64,000 bases of DNA from contig NIVC01000108.1 of the NCBI GenBank assembly GCA_002269645.1, positions 310,001 through 374,000 of the forward strand, read 5' to 3'. Below the pieces are notes generated by a model that worked only from the letters and a program-made list of their open reading frames with translations, did not search any database and was not told the DNA's origin. The stretch comes from Macrostomum lignano (taxonomy: Eukaryota). The first letter of the stretch is position 1. Each line of letters starts with the position of its first letter. Made by a program: the position numbers and the translations under genes. Positions 57,180 to 64,000 of this stretch are shown piece by piece.

Positions 57180-58061
57180 ATGGACCTCTACGCCGAGTTT
57201 GGTGTCAGCCCCTTCGCGACGGAGGAGGAGCTGCGACGTGCGTACCGCCGTGAGAGCCTGCGACGGCACCCCGACAAGTGTGGACCCGGTGGAACGGAGA
57301 ATTTCCAGAGGCTGCAGCATGCGAGTGCGGTCCTGCTGTGTCCGTTTCGACGAGCGCTGTACGACCGGTTCGGGCAGGATGCCGTTAGCAACCCGCTCGA
57401 GTGCGCCCGGTATTTTGTCCCGCCGGATGGGATGTGCGTCCCGGAGGAGTTTGTCGTAACGATTGAAGACGAAACAGAAGAGTCAGACGAGGACAGGGAG
57501 TCGGAAGGAAGCGAGCGTGGTGGTTGCGGCGGCGAGGAGACTGCTCAGAGCTGCTGTGAAATCACGCAGTCAGAGGAAGAAGAGCTCTTGAATGAATTCG
57601 ACGGCGAAACTTCGATGTCAGAAGACGAACCGGAGCTCGTCATCGACCAACGGGAGTCGCCAGCGTGGCTGATGAGGAGCGAGCCGAGTACCGAGGTGGA
57701 ATACACCTGGAGCGGGGAGGCAACGCAGCGAAGAGCTCGAATCCGGTCGGAGCTTCGGCACGCTTTGTTGTCGGGGAGTCCAGCTGCGATGTTCCGGCTT
57801 TTGACTGAAATGGTGGGACTGTGCGGCAGCGAGCGGCTGGATCATCGACGCGAAATCGCCGAGCTTTTGGCTCAGACTGTCAAGTTCATTCTCCGTGACA
57901 TCAGCGCCAAGTGTCGGGGTCATGCTCGGCGTGTCTGGCGGCGGCCTGCCTTCAAGCGAAGCACTCGGTTCGTCATGAGTGTTGCGATCCCTCAGTTTGA
58001 ACTAATCGACGGAGGACGCGTGTTGGGGTTGTTGCGCCGGGCGGCGGAGGTGGCGGTCTAG
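57180..58061 (+). CDS. ORF3: J-domain (DnaJ/Hsp40-type) protein, 293 aa, encoded inside the retrotransposon
   Basis: DLYAEFGVSPFATEEELRRAYRRESLRRHPDK...ENFQRLQHASAVLLCPFRRALYDRFG is a complete J-domain with HPD at 57267-57275, followed by an acidic linker and a predicted helical C-terminal domain; intact ORF. Confidence 0.88.
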   Translation: MDLYAEFGVSPFATEEELRRAYRRESLRRHPDKCGPGGTENFQRLQHASAVLLCPFRRALYDRFGQDAVSNPLECARYFVPPDGMCVPEEFVVTIEDETEESDEDRESEGSERGGCGGEETAQSCCEITQSEEEELLNEFDGETSMSEDEPELVIDQRESPAWLMRSEPSTEVEYTWSGEATQRRARIRSELRHALLSGSPAAMFRLLTEMVGLCGSERLDHRREIAELLAQTVKFILRDISAKCRGHARRVWRRPAFKRSTRFVMSVAIPQFELIDGGRVLGLLRRAAEVAV

Positions 58062-58189
58062 GGGGTTCTGGGGCAGGATGCCAGGGCGGGCAAGAGACCT
58101 TCACTCCTTCATTTCATCCCATCTCTCCTCTGATCGTCGTTGTGATCCCTCTGTTTGGCACTGGGAGCGGCCCCGAAGGAAGGGCGGGG

Positions 58190-58400
58190 AACACTCTCGG
58201 CCATGCCCGGCGCTCTCGGTCGTTGCCCGGCATTCTCGGCCGCTGCCCGGCATTCTCGGCCGCTGTCCGGCACTCTCGGCCATGCCCGGCGTTCTCGGTC
58301 GCTGCCCGGCATTCTCGGCCGCTGCCCGGCATTCTCGGCCGTGCCCGGTGTTCTCGGCCTGTCCGACATCCTCGGCCCCTGTCCTGCGCTCTCGGCCGCT
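58190..58400. repeat. ~20-bp GC-rich repeat (GCTGCCCGGCATTCTCGGCC) in the element's 3' UTR
   Basis: Direct reading. Confidence 0.85.
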
Positions 58401-58490
58401 GCCTGACACTCTTGGTCTCTTTCATTCAGTTTCATTTCATTACATTTTTTTTCATTTTCATTCAGTCAAAGCGCGTCGTTTTCTTTTTTT

Positions 58491-58501
58491 AGGGGGGAGG
58501 G
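58491..58501 (+). promoter_or_regulatory. Polypurine tract
   Basis: AGGGGGGAGGG preceded by a T-run, directly abutting the 3' LTR. Confidence 0.9.
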
Positions 58502-59358
58502 TGTTGTGACCTGTGTCACAGTGCTCCCTTGGTGCAAGTGCACTTTGATAGTTGTTGACTTTGGTAGTTGATTATTGTTACCCCCCCCCCGGCTCAAGCC
58601 AGTCTGGAGCTATGAGCCCTTTGGCTGAGCCTCTGCTCTCTTTCTCTCTCTCGCCTTGGCTGTTTAGCCCTTTGGCTAGCCGTGCTGATTGGCTGGGCCT
58701 CTGCTCTCTCTCCCTCTCCCTGGCCGTGCGCGCTTTCACCCTCCCCTCGCCGCAGCCAATCAGCTGTCAATCAGCTCCATTGTTTAAGCCCTTTCTCCCC
58801 CCCCCTTGTTTGCGCCCCTGCCCCTTTTTACTCGTTATTTAAGGCGACGCTCAGACCCCGCCCCTTTTCTCACCGTGCCTGCGCCCATTTGCGCCCACCG
58901 CGATAAATAAACGAACGTGACCAGCGATCAGCCGTAAAGACGGTCTCTTACTGCGAAGACTCAATTTATTGCAATCGATCGGCCTTCCCGTGTATGAGTG
59001 CTATAATCGACCCGGCCCGGTAAGCTGTCGAGACAATTGCCTGTGTTCCTCGGGGTCGCTCTCCTGATCTCTCTCTCTCTCTCACTCTCTCCTCAGTCTG
59101 ACTCACCAGGCTGTCGAGTGGCCGACCGCCCGCAGCCCTCTCTCTCTTCCTTGACTCACCAGGCTGTCGAGTGGCCGCCTGCCCACAGCCGCCCCTCCCC
59201 TCTCTCTCGACTTCTCAACCTTGACCTCCCCCCGAAGTGTCCGTACGCCTCGGGGTCGCCGATCGAGCTCGTAAGCCCTGGGCAGTCTAGTACCCGAACC
59301 CCGACACCGCTACCCGTCGCCCAACCCGGCCGTGCCAGCGAGGAAGGGGGATACAACA
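58502..59358 (+). repeat. 3' LTR (857 bp)
   Basis: Near-identical to the 5' LTR but with two rather than four 53-bp internal repeats; SL-like copy at 58931-58973. Confidence 0.96.
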
Positions 59359-59662
59359 TTTACTCAAGATTATTTCTTCGGAGGTATTTCCTCGGGGTAT
59401 TTCCTCAGGGGTATTTCCTCGGGGTATTTCTTCAGGGGCATTTCCTCGGGAGTATTTCTTCGGTGGTATTTCCTCTTGAGTATTTCCTCAGAGGTATTTC
59501 TTCAGGGGTATTTCGTCAGGGGTATTTCGTCAGGGGTATATCCTAAGGGTTATTTCCTTAGGAGTATTTCCTAAAGGTAATCAGTCGGTGGTGGGGGTGA
59601 ACGGAAGGTCAGCTGCTCAGCCTTCGCCTCCAACCGTCTCGGAATTGCAGCGCACTCGCGAC

Positions 59663-60340
59663 ATGGTGGACCGCGAGCTGCTAAACGTTGTGTGGGTGAC
59701 GGCCTCTGTGGTGGCGGGCACGGGCACCACCCTGATCGCCCTGGTGCTCATCTGCAAGGTCACTCAGCGCTGCCGGCTACGCTGCCGTCGTCGAAAAATT
59801 AAAGGCAGCGGCGGTCGCGGCCTCCCAGACAATGCAGACACAGCCTGTTGCTGCTGCTGCTGCGGCAGCGGCGGCGGAGCTGACAGCTTCGGCCGATCGT
59901 CCACCGCTGTCTACGACGCCGCCCGGACTGGCAATAAGCCGGCGATGGACACCTTCGACGACTTTCTGCAGCGGTCCTTCAGCCCTGGCGGCCACGCGGA
60001 GGCCCTGGCCCAGTCCAGTCAACAGCAGCTGCCGCCGCCGCAGCAGCCGCAAGCGCAGCCGAGACCGCCGCCGCCGCCGCAGCCACAGCCGCTGCCGCAG
60101 CCGCAGATTGCGGCAGGCGCGTCGTCCAATGCGGCCGCTGCGGCGGCGGCGGCTGCAGCGGCGGCGGCAGCAGCCTCAGCAAATCGGCAGTCAGGAACCC
60201 CGACAGCGCCGAAACCGCCCCTCGTTGGTGCGGGCTCCATGCCGCATCAGCAGCCGCAATACCAGCAGCGGACTTCGCCAATGATTGGCTCGCCGCGTCA
60301 GACCCCGCCGCAGCTGCAGCTGCAATCGCAGAGTCTGCAT

Positions 60341-60378
<38 letters not shown>

Positions 60379-60412
60379 TCAACAGCAACAGCAGTACCTT
60401 CAACAACAACAA

Positions 60413-60457
<45 letters not shown>

Positions 60458-61183
60458 TACCTGCAGCAGTACCCGTCAAAGGATTCTCAGGCGCTCCTCA
60501 ACCAGATTGTCGGCGCCCAGCAGCCACAGCTGACGCATCCCGGCCTGGCGCCCAACCGCATTTCCCGACAGCCGACGCAGCCACCGCCGCAGCAGCAGCA
60601 GCAGCTGCTCGGCCATCACCGCTCCATGGCGATGCTGCACGGACCATCGCAGCCTCCGCAGCAGCAGCCGCAGCCCCCGACTTCGATGTCACCACTGCGT
60701 GGCCGCATGCCAGTCGGCCTGGCGAGGCACCAGTCGGACGCCGCCGTGGCTGCCTACGCGTACGCGGTGCGGGAGGCCGCAGCGGCCGCCGCCGCAGTCA
60801 GCGTCGACCTGCAGTCCATGCCGCCGTCGGCCTACGAGCAGCACCAGCACCTGCTGCAGCGGCACCACCGGCCCATGGCCTTCGAGATCTGCGAGAGCGA
60901 CTGCGACCGGTACAGCGACCTCAGTCTGGGCGGTGGCGGCTCCGGCGGCGGCAACCACCTGGACGGTGTCGGGAGCGCCGTCGAGAAGGCAGCGAAACCG
61001 CCCACATCAGTCGCCGTCGCCTTCAACTACGACACGTACGACACCGAGTGGCCGCTGAACAGCTACGTGCGACCTGGCGCAGTCGCCGGCTTCCACGAAG
61101 GCGTTCAGGCCCGCTGCCACCCCGCCAGGAGGGGCCACATCCTCTTCGGCCGGGGCACCGGCCGCTTCACCGGCAACTTGTGA
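59663..61183 (+). CDS. Single-pass membrane protein (or large exon) with a poly-Q/poly-A/Pro-rich cytoplasmic tail
   Basis: Long GC3-rich ORF; TM-like VVWVTASVVAGTGTTLIALVLIC followed by a basic stop-transfer segment (RCRLRCRRRK); phase-0 acceptor TTGCAG at 59645-59650 just upstream; family unknown. Confidence 0.65.
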
Positions 61184-61544
61184 TCGGCGAGGCCTCTGAT
61201 TGCTCAACTCGCAGCCCGGACTCCCAGGTGAGCAGAGTGGAGTGTCCGAGTTTTCGATTGCAGGGTTTGACTTGGCCGACTTGTAGAGCTTTTGTATGGC
61301 CCTGGCTTAACGCCATCGGGCACACAGCCTGCGCTGAGGCAATTCTGCCCATTCCACGGACTCCTGCGCTAATAGCGTACGCAGACACGCACTCACACAC
61401 GCGCTCACACAGGGTGCACAGCGCCTCTGTACATAATCGTCAAGTATGTGCACTCTGTGCCTTGGGGGTTGGCGGTCCTCATGAGTTGTGAATCTTCCCC
61501 AAAAGAATGCGGAAGTAAACAGAATCGAGCTTGTGAACCTCAGT

Positions 61545-61930
61545 GTTGCGAACTTTGAACCTCAGGGTCGAACTTGTTAATCTCAGAGTCGAACTTGTTA
61601 ATCTCAGAGTCGAACTTGTGAATCTCAGGGTCGAACTTGTGAACCTCAGGGTCGAACTTGTGAACCTCAGGGTCGAACTTGTGAATCTCAGGGTCGAACT
61701 TGTGAATCTCAGGGTCGAACTTGTGGATCTCAGGGTCGAACTTGTGAATCTCAGGGTCGAACTTGTGGATCTCAGGGTCGAACTTGTGAACCTCAGGGTC
61801 GAACTTGTGAACCTCAGGGTCGAACTTGTGAACCTCAGGGTCGAACTTGTGAATCTCAGGGTCGAACTTGTGAATCTCAGGGTCGAACTTGTGGATCTCA
61901 GGGTCGAACTTGTGAATCTCAGGGTCGAAC
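61545..61930. repeat. 21-bp minisatellite (CAGGGTCGAACTTGTGAATCT)
   Basis: About 18 copies. Confidence 0.96.
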
Positions 61931-62859
61931 ATGCACAAGAATTTCCGGACTGGTAAAAAAGTTGTGTCCAAATTCTAGATTGTCCGACCTGAAGTCCAGA
62001 TTCTGGATCACAGGTGTCCGACATGCCAGTCTCTGTGTCCGGTTTCTAGATCATACGGTGTGCCGCTGTAGTCAGACCATTGCAGGTACCAAATTTGATG
62101 CAGCGGCACCTGTCAGTGATCTATCTGAGCCCCTCGAAAATCCCGAGAAAAGGCAGTTTTATAGTTAGCACAGTCTGTTTTGATGCACGACGATATCTAT
62201 GAAAATTTACAGATTTTTATCCCTTTATTTTCTCTACATACTACTGATACGAATTTGGACAGTAGTGCACTGCGATAATGCGGCCAGCCAAAGTTTTGCA
62301 ATTTTTCTCATCCCCATCTCTGGCCCCGCAGGACCTCGGGCGGCTCGCGGCCCGAACCTCAGCGGCTTCGTGAGACTTTAATTTTTTGTCAGTCGAGCGG
62401 CGAACTCCAAAATCAGTCGGCTCTCGACGCGGTAGAGTGAAACCCATCGCTCGTTGATTTCCGTGACTTTCTCTTTCAGAAGATTTTCTTGTGCAATTGG
62501 CACTTTCTTCAAAAATCGTTCGTGATAGCGCAGTTTCTGAGCTTCACTCTTTGCTAGCAAAGTCTTCCTGACCCCCCCCCCGTTGCCCGCCTCACCCGCC
62601 CTCTTCATTCTTTCCCGTCTGTTTCTTGGCCTGGCTGCCGCAACTCTTAGATCCTCATCTTCAGTTTCTCAGCAAAACAAAACAAAGACCAGCGAGACAC
62701 GGGCAGGCAGAGCCCGATTTCTAGCTGTTGAAATCGCGGTGACTGTAGGAGTGCGGTTGCTATTTTGTGCAAGGCAAGCTGACTGCAGCAGCAGCTCCAT
62801 CACGGTGCAGTCTGCCAGTATGTACAGAGAATCTCGGGGTTCCCGGGGGGGGGGTCGAG

Positions 62860-63441
62860 TCAGCTGCTGTCCAGAGTCTTCATCGACTGCGACTGACCTC
62901 CGGTTGAGGCTGCGGTCGCTGGCGGGTTCTGGAAATCGAACTTCTGACCTCCGCCGGCCACAAACGTTGAATCCTCGTCAGCAGCCTCCAGCTGCGGCGG
63001 CTCTGGCGGCTGCTGCGTCTGCCCGAAGGAAGCTCCCGGACAGCGGGCCGACAACTCCTCGTCCACCTCTTGGATTTCCTGGAAGGTGACCGGCTGCGTC
63101 TTGTAGCGCTCCTGCCGCGCCCGCCGGGCCGCCTTGCCGCGCTGTGGCCGCCGGCGCAGCGGCACCGCCACCTCGTTGACGCCGGCAGCCGCGGCGGCCG
63201 CCACCGCTGCCGCAGCGCCAGGGGCGGCCGGTCTCGGATTGAAGTAGAGCGGGTCCGCCACCACCGACCGCTTCGAAGCCGCGGCGGCGGCGACGGCTGC
63301 AGCAACCGCAGCCGACGTTGCCTCCGAAGCGGCGTCAAGTTGATGGCGCCGGCGAACCGGATTCGGGCTGCGGAAGACGGGCGGCGGCACCCGTGGCGGG
63401 AAAATGTCGTCGCAGCCGCCCGCTGCCCCCGGCGCGTCCAT
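62860..63441 (-). CDS. Unknown Ala/Pro-rich protein, 193 aa, with an RYKTQPVTFQEIQEVDEE motif
   Basis: ATG at 63441, GC-rich codon usage like the confirmed genes, poly-Ala tracts and one conserved-looking motif. Confidence 0.55.
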   Translation of the reverse strand: MDAPGAAGGCDDIFPPRVPPPVFRSPNPVRRRHQLDAASEATSAAVAAAVAAAAASKRSVVADPLYFNPRPAAPGAAAAVAAAAAAGVNEVAVPLRRRPQRGKAARRARQERYKTQPVTFQEIQEVDEELSARCPGASFGQTQQPPEPPQLEAADEDSTFVAGGGQKFDFQNPPATAASTGGQSQSMKTLDSS

Positions 63442-64000
63442 GGCTGACTGGCCGCCTGCTTGACTGGCTTGACTCGAGTGTCGCGTTCGTCCGCTTGGCC
63501 GGGCCGGTGCGCGCAGGAGGAGCTCCGGCCGGGAGCGGGGGCGGAGGCGGCGCTTATTTAAAAAGGCGAAAGGAGGCACAGGGGGATTGGCTTCGTTCAA
63601 TCCTCAGCCTCTTCGCTTCTCTGAAGGGTTGGAGTTGGGGATGGCGCCTACTTTGATGGGGCAGAGAGGCTGGAAGGTGCAATCGTCGCTCGCCGGCAGG
63701 GGCGGGTGGGGGCAAACAGAGGAGGGAAAGCAGAGGCTGCGCTGGCGCCTCCTCCCTTAACTCGCAGCGATCGGCAGCCCCCGCGGGCCGTCAGGGCGCA
63801 TACATAATCTTCTTCAGCCTGCTTCATCTTCTTCCTTTCTTGCGCATCCGCCCACTCCCAGAAATCCGAACTTTTTTTTCGCCACAGCCTCCTCGCCATC
63901 GCCTGTTTTGCCCCGGCTCCCCGTCAGTCCCCGCCCTGTTTCCCCCGGGCTTTGACTCACGGGCTCCCGGCGCGTGTTGCGCCTGCGGATTGAGGCGCAT

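Larger units (their letters stand above)
50804..59358 (+). mobile_element. Full-length Ty3/Gypsy LTR retrotransposon with an extra J-domain ORF
   Basis: Two near-identical LTRs (TGTTGT...ACAACA); 4-bp TSD TTTA (50800-50803 and 59359-59362); PBS, gag, pol (PR-RT-RH-IN order), ORF3 and PPT. Inserted into a degenerate GGTATTTC(G/C)TCAGG repeat seen on both flanks. Confidence 0.97.

Noticed and set aside
57180-58061. ORF3 as an envelope protein, or a T-antigen-like LxCxE Rb-binding motif
   Set aside because: No signal peptide, furin site or TM helix; no LxCxE found (closest are LCGSE and SCCE).

Overview
Eukaryotic (animal) genomic DNA. GC-rich coding exons are separated by introns and spacers full of 13-60 bp minisatellites. 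The style, plus a 43-nt match to the flatworm spliced leader (SL) as I recall it for Macrostomum lignano, suggests Macrostomum or a close relative (inference). Host genes: intronless PHGDH (7111-8673,+); a 5-exon ATP11-type P4-ATPase flippase (11844-17027,-); an unidentified small 5-exon gene (19110-20764,-); a candidate Cip/Kip-like CDK inhibitor (24553-25038,-); two tandem RUS1/RUSF1 (DUF647) paralogs with identical 135/444/708-nt exon structure (26033-28760,- and 30606-37455,-); SMG9 (41768-45839,+); a single-pass membrane poly-Q ORF (59663-61183,+); and an unknown ORF (62860-63441,-). Mobile elements: a PIF/Harbinger transposon (31412-34631, TAA TSD, both ORFs disabled), a Mutator-like MITE with a 9-bp TSD, two further MITE-like elements, a LINE relic, and a full-length, apparently recent Ty3/Gypsy element (50804-59358). 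The Gypsy element is the highlight. Both LTRs carry a spliced-leader mimic 27 nt behind a TATA-like box. The env position holds a J-domain (HPD) co-chaperone ORF. An LTR ATG plus a GTAAGC donor splice in frame onto that ORF. Also notable is a ~89-copy tandem array of a 5' splice-site junction in RUS1 paralog B. All coordinates and splice models were derived by hand, with no database searches; repeat boundaries are approximate.
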